Below are positions 1 through 7,638 of a stretch of 46,737 bases of DNA, in pieces (the stretch's first letter is position 1; each line of letters opens with the position of its first letter). The position numbers and the translations under genes are program-made. The notes below the pieces were generated by a model, which worked only from the letters and a program-made list of their open reading frames with translations, had not been told where the DNA came from and did no database searches. The DNA is from Actinomycetes bacterium (GTDB taxonomy: Bacteria; Actinomycetota; Actinomycetes; Actinomycetales; BWSM-131): assembly GCA_046566325.1 (NCBI GenBank), contig JBKHWX010000094.1, positions 1-46,737 on the forward strand. Reading direction: 5' to 3'.

Positions 1-453
1 GCGGATCCCCGCTTCGACCAGCAACCGCTGCTGGAGGACCCTCTCGACCTCCTTGTTCCCCTGGGCCACCGCCTGGCCGGCCAGCCGTCTGTGGCACTGA
101 TCGACACCGCCGACGAGGCCTGGATCGCGGACCGCCCGGGCCGGCCGTACCACCGGCTCCTGCTGACCACCTGCGCCGCCGCGGGTTTCACCCCCGCAGT
201 GGCGCACAACGCGACCGAGTGGGACACCGGCGCGGCCCTCGTGGCAGCCGGCCTGGGCATCGGCCTGGTCCCTCGGCTGACCCGGCTCCCCGGGAGCTAC
301 CCCGTCGCCCGTGTCCCCCTGTCCGGGGACCCGGCGCCGTCCCGGCACTTCGTCACCGCGGTCCGCAGCGGCAGTCGCCACCACCCGGTCATCGCCGATG
401 CGCTCACGGCGCTCGAGGAGCTCGCCCACGGGGGCGTGCCCGCCGCGCAGTGA
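1..453 (+). CDS. LysR-family transcriptional regulator, C-terminal effector-binding part (5' end lies upstream of the window)
   Basis: Frame 1 is open from base 1 (ADPRFDQQPLLEDPLDLLVPLGHRLAGQPSVALIDTADEAW...) and runs into the listed 91..453 ORF. 'ALVAAGLGIGLVP' and the C-terminal 'FVTAVRSG' pattern are typical of LysR substrate-binding domains. Third positions are G/C-rich. Confidence 0.7.
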   Translation, partial: ADPRFDQQPLLEDPLDLLVPLGHRLAGQPSVALIDTADEAWIADRPGRPYHRLLLTTCAAAGFTPAVAHNATEWDTGAALVAAGLGIGLVPRLTRLPGSYPVARVPLSGDPAPSRHFVTAVRSGSRHHPVIADALTALEELAHGGVPAAQ

Positions 454-532
454 CGAGCGCGTGGCCTCGCTCATGTCCGGTCGAGGGCTCCTCGCACTGC
501 GTGCGGCAGGCGTCCGGCCTAGCGTTGGGGCC

Positions 533-1123
533 ATGGTGGATAACGGAAGGAAGCCGGCTGACGCGTCGAGCGGACGGTCCGAGTACACGGTTCCGGGGAT
601 GAGCGTCGGTGACGGTAACGAGGTCGTCGAGCTGCTGCAGCAACGGCTGAACTCTCTCAACGACCTGGCGCTGACACTGAAGCACGTGCACTGGAACGTC
701 GTCGGACCTCATTTCATCGCCGTCCACGAGATGCTCGACCCGCAGGTCGACGCGGTCCGGGCGATGGTGGACGAGACCGCGGAGCGCATCGCGACGCTTG
801 GTGTCTCCCCGGTCGGCACACCCGGAGCCCTTGTCGCACAACGAAGCTGGGACGACTACCAGCTGGGCCGGGCCGGCGCAATCGAGCACCTGGGTGCCCT
901 CGACCTGGTCTACGAAGGTGTGATCAAGGACCAGCGGGCCGCCATCGACAAGACCGAGAAGCTCGACCCGGTGTCCCAGGACATGCTGATCGGACAGTCG
1001 GCGCAGCTCGAGATGTTCCACTGGTTCGTGCGGGCCCACCTCGAGAGCTCCGGTGGCAGCCTCTCGACCGCGGGCGCGGACAGTGAGCAGGCGGCGGCTC
1101 AGCAGGCGGGCGAGCAGGCGTAG
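533..1123 (+). CDS. dps: Dps (DNA starvation/stationary-phase protection protein, ferritin-like)
   Basis: 'LTLKHVHWNVVGPHFIAVHEMLDPQVD...ATLG...DLVYEGVIKD...DPVSQDMLI...LEMFHWFVRAHLES' is the Dps ferroxidase and four-helix signature. ATG 533 is preferred over ATG 599 because 'SEYTVPGMS' resembles the N-terminus of mycobacterial Dps as I remember it. The part of ORF 311..1123 upstream of 533 is Arg/Ser/Pro-rich shadow. Confidence 0.9.
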   Translation: MVDNGRKPADASSGRSEYTVPGMSVGDGNEVVELLQQRLNSLNDLALTLKHVHWNVVGPHFIAVHEMLDPQVDAVRAMVDETAERIATLGVSPVGTPGALVAQRSWDDYQLGRAGAIEHLGALDLVYEGVIKDQRAAIDKTEKLDPVSQDMLIGQSAQLEMFHWFVRAHLESSGGSLSTAGADSEQAAAQQAGEQA

Positions 1124-1168
1124 GTAGCCGACCGGGCGTCGTCCCCTGGACCGCCGTTCCCCAGCACG

Positions 1169-1205
1169 GGTGGCGGCGGTCACAGCTGTGAGGGCTGCCG
1201 CCACC
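1169..1205 (+). terminator. Candidate stem-loop terminator downstream of dps
   Basis: GGTGGCGGC (1169-1177) pairs with GCCGCCACC (1197-1205). The loop contains the palindrome TCACAGCTGTGA, and the stem is followed by GTTGTT. There is no strong U-tract. Confidence 0.35.
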
Positions 1206-1303
1206 GTTGTTCCCTGGTCATACTTCGGGAACGGGCCGCGGAGCGGGCCGGCCAGCGCGACGACTGCCGTCGATGCGGCACCGAGCCAGGGAGAGCGCCA
1301 AGC

Positions 1304-2503
1304 ATGGGGCGGCTGCAGCACACCGAGGGACTGACCGACGACCAGCGCGAGCTGCTGGCGCTCGTACACGAGTTCGTCGACGAGCAGATCATTCCTGTCG
1401 CCACCCAGCTCGAGCACGCGGACGAGTACCCGGCGAAGATCGTCGAAGGCATGAAGGAGATGGGGATCTTCGGCCTGATGATCCCCGAGGAGTACGGCGG
1501 GCTCGGCGAGTCCCTGCTGACGTATGCCCTCACGGTCGAGGAGATCGCCCGCGGCTGGATGTCGGTGAGCGGCATCATCAACACCCATTTCATCCTCGCG
1601 TACATGCTGCTTCAGCACGGCACCCAGGACCAGAAGCAGCGCTACCTGCCGAGAATGGCGACGGGTGAGCTGCGGGGGGCGTTCTCCATGAGCGAGCCCG
1701 GCTGCGGGTCGGACGTCTCCGGGATCAAGAGCCGCGCCGTCCAAGGCGGGGACGGCGACTGGACGTTGAACGGCCAGAAGATGTGGCTCACCAACGGCGG
1801 CAGCGCCAACCTCGTCGCCGTCCTCGTGCGCACGGACACGGGCGCAAGCTCCGTCTACCGAAACATGTCGACGTTCCTGATCGAGAAGGAGCCGGGCTTC
1901 GGCGAGACGGCACAAGGAGTCTTGGTCCCCGGGAAGATCGAGAAGATGGGCTACAAGGGCGTCGACACGACCGAGCTGGTGATGGACGGCCACCGGACGA
2001 CGTCCGGGCACATTCTCGGCGGCGAGCCGGGTCGTGGCTTCTACCAGATGATGGACGGCGTCGAGGTTGGCCGCGTGAACGTCGCCGCCCGCGCCTGCGG
2101 GGTCGCGATGCGTGCCTTCGAGCTCGGCATCGCCTACGCCCAGCAGCGCGAGACGTTCGGCAAGAAGATCGCCGAGCACCAGGCGGTGATGTTCAGGCTC
2201 GCCGAGATGGCCACCAAGGTCGAGGCCGCCCACCAGATGATGGTGATGGCCGCGCGCAAGAAGGACGCGGGGGAGCGGAACGACCTCGAGGCGGGCATGG
2301 CCAAGTACCTGGCGAGCGAGTACTGCGCGCGGGTGGTGGAGGACTCGTTCCGCATCCACGGCGGGTACGGCTACTCCAAGGAGTACGAGATCGAGCGTCT
2401 CTACCGGGAGGCACCGATGCTGCTGATCGGCGAGGGGACGGCCGACATCCAGCGGATGATCATCGGTCGCCGCCTGCTGGAGGACTACAAGCTGGCCACC
2501 TGA
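1304..2503 (+). CDS. Acyl-CoA dehydrogenase
   Basis: Full-length ACAD pattern: 'IPEEYGGLG', 'GAFSMSEPGCGSDVSGIKSRA', 'WLTNGG', 'QRETFGKKIAEHQAV', 'HGGYGYSKEYEIERLYREAPMLLIGEGTADIQR'. GGGAGAG lies about 8 nt upstream of the ATG. Confidence 0.93.
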   Translation: MGRLQHTEGLTDDQRELLALVHEFVDEQIIPVATQLEHADEYPAKIVEGMKEMGIFGLMIPEEYGGLGESLLTYALTVEEIARGWMSVSGIINTHFILAYMLLQHGTQDQKQRYLPRMATGELRGAFSMSEPGCGSDVSGIKSRAVQGGDGDWTLNGQKMWLTNGGSANLVAVLVRTDTGASSVYRNMSTFLIEKEPGFGETAQGVLVPGKIEKMGYKGVDTTELVMDGHRTTSGHILGGEPGRGFYQMMDGVEVGRVNVAARACGVAMRAFELGIAYAQQRETFGKKIAEHQAVMFRLAEMATKVEAAHQMMVMAARKKDAGERNDLEAGMAKYLASEYCARVVEDSFRIHGGYGYSKEYEIERLYREAPMLLIGEGTADIQRMIIGRRLLEDYKLAT

Positions 2504-2590
2504 CCCCACCTCTGGACCGCAGCTGCCGTATCGACCGGGCCGGGAGGTGCAGGAGGTCCAGTGGTCGGAGGTGGGCGGTAGCGTCGCGGC

Positions 2591-3241
2591 GTGAGCCGCT
2601 GGATGGACGACCGTGTCGAGGACTACCTGACGAGGCTTGCCGAGGTCGAGCACGGGGACGGCGTCCTCGACGACATGGAGGCGCGCGCGGCAGAGCACCG
2701 CTTCCCGATCGTGGGGCGCGCGACGGGCCGGTATCTCGAGCTCGCTGCCCGCTCGGTCGGTGCGCGCCGGGTGGTCGAGCTGGGGTCGGGCTACGGGTAC
2801 TCCGCGTACTGGTTCTGCCGGGCCGTCGGCCCCGACGGCCAGGTCGTGTGTACGGACGGCGACGCGCGCAACGCCGAGCTGGCCCAGCAGTACCTGGAAC
2901 GGGCCGGGATGTGGGAGGGCGTGCGGTACCGGGTCGGCGACGCGCTCACGGGCCTGGCGGCCGAGGACGGCGAGCTCGACGTCGTGTACAACGACGTCGA
3001 CAAGCTGGGCTACCCGGACTGCTGGCGCGCCGCACGCGAGCGAATCCGCCTCGGAGGCCTCTACCTGTGCGACAACGTGATCTGGAGCGGTCACGTGGCG
3101 ACCGGTGAGGAGCGCGAGTCGGCGCCGGGGGCCACGGCGGCGATCATCGAGCACAACCGTCTCGTCGCCGAGGACGACCGTTACGTCGCGAGCATCGTGC
3201 CGATCAGGGACGGCGTGATGGCGGCTCTGCGGGTCAGGTGA
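2591..3241 (+). CDS. Class I SAM-dependent O-methyltransferase (family 3, caffeoyl-CoA OMT-like)
   Basis: 'VVELGSGYGYSAYWF' is the SAM-binding motif I. 'VVYNDVDKLGYPD' and 'LRLGGLYLCDNVIWSG' match the OMT-3 metal and substrate region. The start (GTG 2591 versus ATG 2603) is uncertain. Confidence 0.8.
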   Translation: MSRWMDDRVEDYLTRLAEVEHGDGVLDDMEARAAEHRFPIVGRATGRYLELAARSVGARRVVELGSGYGYSAYWFCRAVGPDGQVVCTDGDARNAELAQQYLERAGMWEGVRYRVGDALTGLAAEDGELDVVYNDVDKLGYPDCWRAARERIRLGGLYLCDNVIWSGHVATGEERESAPGATAAIIEHNRLVAEDDRYVASIVPIRDGVMAALRVR

Positions 3242-3332
3242 TCTGTTTCGCTCCGTGCCGCGCTCGCCCGTCGCCCGCAGGACGTCACGACCGTATCTCG
3301 CCCGTGATCCACTGGTACGAGATGATGGGCCG

Positions 3333-4139
3333 ATGGCGAACTTCGGACCGGCCGGCCGGTCGAGGCATGTCGGCGTCCCCATGCCACCGACGGGACGACG
3401 CATCGCCGTCTACGAGACGTACCTCGCGGCGCAACGGGCGGTCGACTTCCTCTCCGACCGGCACTTCCCGGTGCAGCACGTCACCATCGTCGGGACGGAC
3501 CTGCAGATGGTCGAGCGTGTCACGGGCCGGCTCACCTACGGCCGGGTGGCGATGGCCGGGGCTGCGTCGGGTGCCTGGTTCGGGTTGTTCGTCGGCCTGC
3601 TGCTCTCGCTGTTCGCCCGGGGCAACTCCCTCTTCCCGACGGTGCTGCCAGCGATCCTCATCGGCGCCGGGTTCGGGATCCTCTTCGGGGTCCTGTCCTA
3701 TGCGCTGACCGGCGGCCGACGCGACTTCACCTCCACGAGCCAGGTCGTCGCGTCCCAGTACGCGCTGCTCTGCGCGCCCGAGCAGGCGGCCGACGCCGAG
3801 CGCCTGCTGGCCGAGCTGCCCGGTGACCGCGGAGCACGTGTGGAGGCGCCGAGCTCGTCGTTCCAGGCCCCGCCGCCGCAGGGCCAGCCGCACCCCGCCG
3901 AGCCACCTACCCAGGAGGCGCCGGCGCCTCCGACCGGGCCGACATACGGCGAGATGATCGAGCGGCAGCGTCGTGAGCGGCTGGCCCGGGAGCGGGGCGA
4001 GGCCGTGCCGCCTCCGGACCAGGACCGTGGGGACCAGAACCGCGTGGACCAGGACCCCGTGGACCAGAACCGCGTCGACCAGGACCGTGTCGACGACGGA
4101 GCCGACCGGGACCGGCCTCCGGGCTCAGCGCCGTCCTGA
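3333..4139 (+). CDS. Membrane protein with a YflT/general-stress-protein-17M-like N-terminal domain and a disordered repeat-containing tail
   Basis: 'RIAVYETYLAAQRAVDFLSDRHFPVQHVTIVGTDLQMVERVTGRLTYGR' is followed by two hydrophobic helices (GAWFGLFVGLLLSLF, LPAILIGAGFGILFGVLSYAL), then a Pro/Gln/Asp-rich tail. The start is ATG 3333 or ATG 3381. Confidence 0.7.
   Translation: MANFGPAGRSRHVGVPMPPTGRRIAVYETYLAAQRAVDFLSDRHFPVQHVTIVGTDLQMVERVTGRLTYGRVAMAGAASGAWFGLFVGLLLSLFARGNSLFPTVLPAILIGAGFGILFGVLSYALTGGRRDFTSTSQVVASQYALLCAPEQAADAERLLAELPGDRGARVEAPSSSFQAPPPQGQPHPAEPPTQEAPAPPTGPTYGEMIERQRRERLARERGEAVPPPDQDRGDQNRVDQDPVDQNRVDQDRVDDGADRDRPPGSAPS
4017..4091 (+). repeat. In-frame tandem repeat, 5 x 15 bp, encoding (DQ[DN][RP][GV])5
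   Basis: The units are gaccaggaccgtggg / gaccagaaccgcgtg / gaccaggaccccgtg / gaccagaaccgcgtc / gaccaggaccgtgtc, read directly from the sequence. Confidence 0.9.
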
Positions 4140-4148
4140 CTGTGTTCC

Positions 4149-4871
4149 TCAGCGCCGTCCGGGCTGCACCGCGCAGATCTCCGCCAGCCGCTTGAGGCCG
4201 TCGACGCCCTGGTGCAGCTCCCCTTCGTCGACGACCGTCGGGACCACCTGCTGCGGCAGCGACAGCCACTCCTGCCGCCACCGCTGGATCCGGCGGTAGG
4301 CGGGTGTGCTGAGCGGGCCGCCGTCCGGCGCCACCGTGCCGCCGAGGACCCGGGCCACGCGGGCAGGCTCCGTCTGGGACGACGGCATCGGCAGGTCCGT
4401 CGCGCGGAAGACCTGGAGCGGGACGGGCGGCCACATCAGCCGGGTGACGACCTGCCGGACCTCGCCCGCCGTGCTGATGTTCTGCTGCCGCACCCACACG
4501 GCCTCGAACAGCGCGCGGCGCATCTCGTGCTCCAGGCCGTCGGTCATCGCCTCCGCGAAGGCCGAGGTCGCGGCCCTCGTGTTGCTCAGCATCGCAGGCG
4601 GCGCCGTCGCCACGTCCTCGCCATGGATCGCGAGCCCGGCGACCTCGTCCAGCTCGCGCTGCCACTCGTCCCGTGTGGGCCCCGTCGGTTCGCCGGTCAG
4701 GGAGATGGAACGGTCGTGCTCGACGGCTCGCCACTCGACGTCCGCGAGGGACCGCTCCAGAATCTCGTCCAGCCGCTGGCTCGCCAGGTAGGAGTACGGG
4801 CAGTTGAAGTCTCCGTACACGACGATCCTCGCGGGCCCTGTGCCGGCCCCGCCGCTGCTCGTGCTCGTCAT
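4149..4871 (-). CDS. DsbA-like thioredoxin-fold protein with a CxxS (CPYS) active-site motif
   Basis: 'IVVYGDFNCPYSYLASQRLDEI' is the DSBA-like N-terminal strand and active-site helix. The ORF track begins at TTG 4877. The ATG two codons later (4871) is the more likely start. Confidence 0.7.
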   Translation of the reverse strand: MTSTSSGGAGTGPARIVVYGDFNCPYSYLASQRLDEILERSLADVEWRAVEHDRSISLTGEPTGPTRDEWQRELDEVAGLAIHGEDVATAPPAMLSNTRAATSAFAEAMTDGLEHEMRRALFEAVWVRQQNISTAGEVRQVVTRLMWPPVPLQVFRATDLPMPSSQTEPARVARVLGGTVAPDGGPLSTPAYRRIQRWRQEWLSLPQQVVPTVVDEGELHQGVDGLKRLAEICAVQPGRR

Positions 4872-4912
4872 GCCCAATTTTCTACATCAAAAGCCGTGAA
4901 AAAGGAACCGTC
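4872..4912 (-). promoter_or_regulatory. AT-rich putative promoter for the DsbA-like gene, possibly giving a leaderless mRNA
   Basis: The minus strand reads cggttcctttttcacggcttttgatgTAGAAAattgggcATG. A -10-like TAGAAA (4879-4884) ends 7 nt before the ATG. This is the most AT-rich stretch in the left part of the window. No SD is visible. Confidence 0.3.
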
Positions 4913-4931
4913 GGAACCGGGCCCGCGGAGG

Positions 4932-5414
4932 TCAGGAGGACACGGCCAACAGGGCGGCGCAGACGACCAGTGCCAGCGTGAGAAGCGCGATGACGGACCT
5001 CAGCACGTCGGCGCGACGGGCACCCCGGCGCACGTCCTCGACTCCGGCCTCGTCGTCGCGCTGAGCGAGGGCAGCGGCTCGTCGCCACGTCATCCGCCGA
5101 GCCTGGGCGACCCCGAACGCGGTGGCGAGCACGAGGGCGACGCCGAGCACGACGGTGACGGTGAGCAGGCCGCCCCACGGGCGGCCGGCCAGCAGCAGGT
5201 CGCCGGTGGCGAAGGCGACGAGCAGGCACGCGGACGCGACCGGCCCGTAGGCGCGGCCGAGCAGCCGGAAAAAGTCGACGCGCTGAGGTGGGTCGAGGGT
5301 CGCCGTCGCGACCCGCGCGACCACCAGCAGGGTCACGAGGCCGCCGACCCAGACCGAGGCCGTCAGGACGAGGATCGTCACCAGGGCGGCCTGGCCGCCG
5401 GAGCCACCGCTCAC
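4932..5414 (-). CDS. Integral membrane protein of unknown function (about 4 predicted TM helices)
   Basis: Hydrophobic segments are ALVTILVLTASVWVGGLVTLLVV, PVASACLLVAFATGDLLL, LLTVTVVLGVALVLATAF and VIALLTLALVVCAALLAV. GTG 5414 is preceded by GGGAGGG with a 5-nt spacer, so I trimmed the listed 5486 start. Confidence 0.55.
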   Translation of the reverse strand: MSGGSGGQAALVTILVLTASVWVGGLVTLLVVARVATATLDPPQRVDFFRLLGRAYGPVASACLLVAFATGDLLLAGRPWGGLLTVTVVLGVALVLATAFGVAQARRMTWRRAAALAQRDDEAGVEDVRRGARRADVLRSVIALLTLALVVCAALLAVSS

Positions 5415-5522
5415 ACCCGCCCTCCCGCCGTGCTCGCTCCGCCCGTCTCCCGCTGTCCCTTGCCGCGCACGTCCCCGGTCTAACACACGAGCCGCGACCG
5501 CTTGGCGGCCGGGACGGTGGCG

Positions 5523-6557
5523 TCAGGCGTCCAGGCGGGCGAGCACGGACGGGTACACGTCGCGGTAGGCACGGACCTCGGCGCCCGGTGTCCGGACCCC
5601 GGTGGCTTGCAGGACGGCGTCCACCACGGCGAGCGTGACCGCGTCGGCAGCCGCGGCCTGCACGGCGGCCACGTCCCGCACCTGGTCCTGCAGCTGCACG
5701 GCACCGGTCGCCAGCGCGAACACGGTGTCGCCGTCCACCAGGGTGTGTACCGGCCTCAGCGAGCGGGCAAGGCCGTCGTGGCCGGACGACGCCATCCGCC
5801 TCGCCTGCGCCCGGTCCAGCCTCGCGTCGGTCGCCACGACGGCGAGGGTGGTGTTGAAGCCGGGGACGCCGCCCGCGTCGGCGGCGGTGGGTGCGGGCTC
5901 GGTCGGGGCGCCGGGCCTCCTGCGGGCGTCGTCCACCCACTGCGCGCCGTACAGCACGCCGTTGCCGTCGACCGGGGAGCCGAAGGCGTTGACGACGGCG
6001 ACCGCGCCCACGACCACGCCGGACGGCAGCCTCACGCTCGCGGTGCCCAGCCCGCCCTTGAGCCTGCTCTCGCTGCACAGCGCCCCGCTGCCGGCGCCGG
6101 CGGTCCCGGTCCGCACCCAACCTGGCGACGCCGCGGCGGCGGCCGCGTAACCCATGGCCCCGTCGGGCCGCCCCGCCGGGTCGCCGCCGCGTCCCAGGTC
6201 GAAGATCACCGCGGCGGGCACCACGGGGACGACGCCGCCCGAGCTCACCGGAAAGCCGCGGCCGTGCTCCTCGCACCAGCGTTGCGTCCCGTGCGCGGCG
6301 ACGAGCCCGAAGGCGCTGCCCCCGGTGAGCGTGACGGCGTCGACCGTCTGGACCAGGCTCCCGGGTGCGAGAGCGTCCGTCTCGTGGGTCCCGGGCCCGC
6401 CGCCCCGCACGTCGACGGCGCCGACGGTGTCCGGCGGTGGGACGACGACGGTCACGCCGGTGAGCCAGCCGTCCCCGGTCCGCTCCACGCTGCCGACGAG
6501 GACGCCGTCGACGTCCGTGATCGCGCCGTACCTGTTCTCGGTGTGCCTTCCAGCCAC
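5523..6557 (-). CDS. P1-family (DmpA/S58-type) aminopeptidase
   Basis: 'ITDVDGVLVGS', 'VTVVV', 'AVTLTGGSAFGL', 'VPVVPAAVIFDL', 'GSGA...KGGLGTAS', 'NTTLAVVATDARLD' and 'DGDTVFALATG' give the DmpA/BapA self-processing N-terminal nucleophile hydrolase pattern. Confidence 0.88.
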   Translation of the reverse strand: MAGRHTENRYGAITDVDGVLVGSVERTGDGWLTGVTVVVPPPDTVGAVDVRGGGPGTHETDALAPGSLVQTVDAVTLTGGSAFGLVAAHGTQRWCEEHGRGFPVSSGGVVPVVPAAVIFDLGRGGDPAGRPDGAMGYAAAAAASPGWVRTGTAGAGSGALCSESRLKGGLGTASVRLPSGVVVGAVAVVNAFGSPVDGNGVLYGAQWVDDARRRPGAPTEPAPTAADAGGVPGFNTTLAVVATDARLDRAQARRMASSGHDGLARSLRPVHTLVDGDTVFALATGAVQLQDQVRDVAAVQAAAADAVTLAVVDAVLQATGVRTPGAEVRAYRDVYPSVLARLDA

Positions 6558-6571
6558 GGCAGGATCGTGGC

Positions 6572-7579
6572 ATGGCGTTCGACGACCCGCCCGTGTCCTC
6601 CGCCGCGCGGGCGGTGACGAGGGACGACGTGCTGCTGGCCCGCCGTCGCATCGGCGGGCGGGTGCGGCACACCCCGCTGCTGGACGTCGAGCCTGGGCTG
6701 CTCGGCGACGCCCCGGTGACGCTCAAGCTGGAGCTGCTGCAGCACACCGGCTCGTTCAAGGCGCGTGGCGCACTCTCGGCTCTGCTCGCGGCCCCGGTGC
6801 TGCCGCCGTCGGGTGTGGTCGCCGCGAGCGGAGGCAACCACGGGCTCGCGGTGGCGTGGGCCGCGCGCGAGGTCGGCGTGCCGGCAGCGGTCTTCGTCCC
6901 CTCGAACGCGCCGGCGACCAAGGTCGAGGGGCTGCGCCGTCTCGGAGCCGACGTCCACCTGGTCGGAGAGCGGTACGCGGACGCGCTTGCGGCGGCGCTG
7001 CGGCACGAGAGCGTGAGCGGTGCTCTCGCAGTGCACGCCTACGACGACCCGGCGGTCGTGGCAGGGCAGGGCACGTTGGCACTGGAGCTGCTCGACGACC
7101 TGTCGCGCCGGCCGAGCGGAGGGGTCGAGAACGTCGACACCGTCCTCGTCGCCGTCGGTGGCGGCGGCCTGTCCGCCGGTGTCGCCGCCGCCCTGGGTCC
7201 CGACGCTCGCGTCGTGGGGGTCGAGCCCGAAGGCTGTCCGACCTGGCACGTGGCCTTGCAGTCGGGAGCGCCGGTGGACGTCGTCGTCGGCGGCGTCGCT
7301 GCCGACGCACTCGGCGCTACCCGCCTCGGGAGCACCCCGTGGGAGACGCTCACGAACGCGGGTGCCGGCTCCGTGCTGGTGCCGGCGGACGCCGTCCACG
7401 CGACGAGACGCCTTCTCTGGCAGGAGCTCCGGCTCGCGGTCGAGCCGGGGGCCGCCGTCGCGCCCGCCGCCCTGGTCTGCGGCGCCTACCGGCCACGGCG
7501 TGGCGAGCAGGTCGCGGTCGTGCTCTGCGGCGGCAACGCCGACCCTTCCGACCTGTCCCACCCCCACGCGGTTCGCTGA
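6572..7579 (+). CDS. PLP-dependent threonine/serine dehydratase family enzyme (fold type II)
   Basis: 'HTPLL', 'LKLELLQHTGSFKARGA' (PLP lysine), 'ASGGNHG' and 'VAVGGGGL' (phosphate-binding loop) are present. An alternative in-frame GTG at 6614 would give a more usual N-terminus. Confidence 0.88.
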   Translation: MAFDDPPVSSAARAVTRDDVLLARRRIGGRVRHTPLLDVEPGLLGDAPVTLKLELLQHTGSFKARGALSALLAAPVLPPSGVVAASGGNHGLAVAWAAREVGVPAAVFVPSNAPATKVEGLRRLGADVHLVGERYADALAAALRHESVSGALAVHAYDDPAVVAGQGTLALELLDDLSRRPSGGVENVDTVLVAVGGGGLSAGVAAALGPDARVVGVEPEGCPTWHVALQSGAPVDVVVGGVAADALGATRLGSTPWETLTNAGAGSVLVPADAVHATRRLLWQELRLAVEPGAAVAPAALVCGAYRPRRGEQVAVVLCGGNADPSDLSHPHAVR

Positions 7580-7638
7580 CGAAATGGTTGTCATCGCGCC
7601 CGCCATGCCCCTTTTGGGCAGCCACCTGGTCAGCGAAC
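7570..7638 (+). repeat. About 70-bp palindromic intergenic repeat, copy A
   Basis: The arms GTTCGCTGAC (7571-7580) and GTCAGCGAAC (7629-7638) enclose an inner hairpin TGCCCcttttGGGCA. The first 31 nt are 28/31 identical to the reverse complement of 8699-8729. The element overlaps the dehydratase stop codon and abuts the GH6 start. Confidence 0.75.

Noticed and set aside
404-3403. A 999-aa ORF on the minus strand spanning dps, the acyl-CoA dehydrogenase and the methyltransferase. Similar giant ORFs occur at 4882..6921 (-), 13576..16047 (+), 13899..16847 (+, upstream part), 8420..10294 (+) and 11214..12725 (-).
   Set aside because: Their translations are Arg/Pro/Gly/Ala-rich with no recognisable motifs. 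They lie antisense or out of frame to genes with clear family signatures. These are typical stop-codon-poor shadow ORFs of high-GC DNA.
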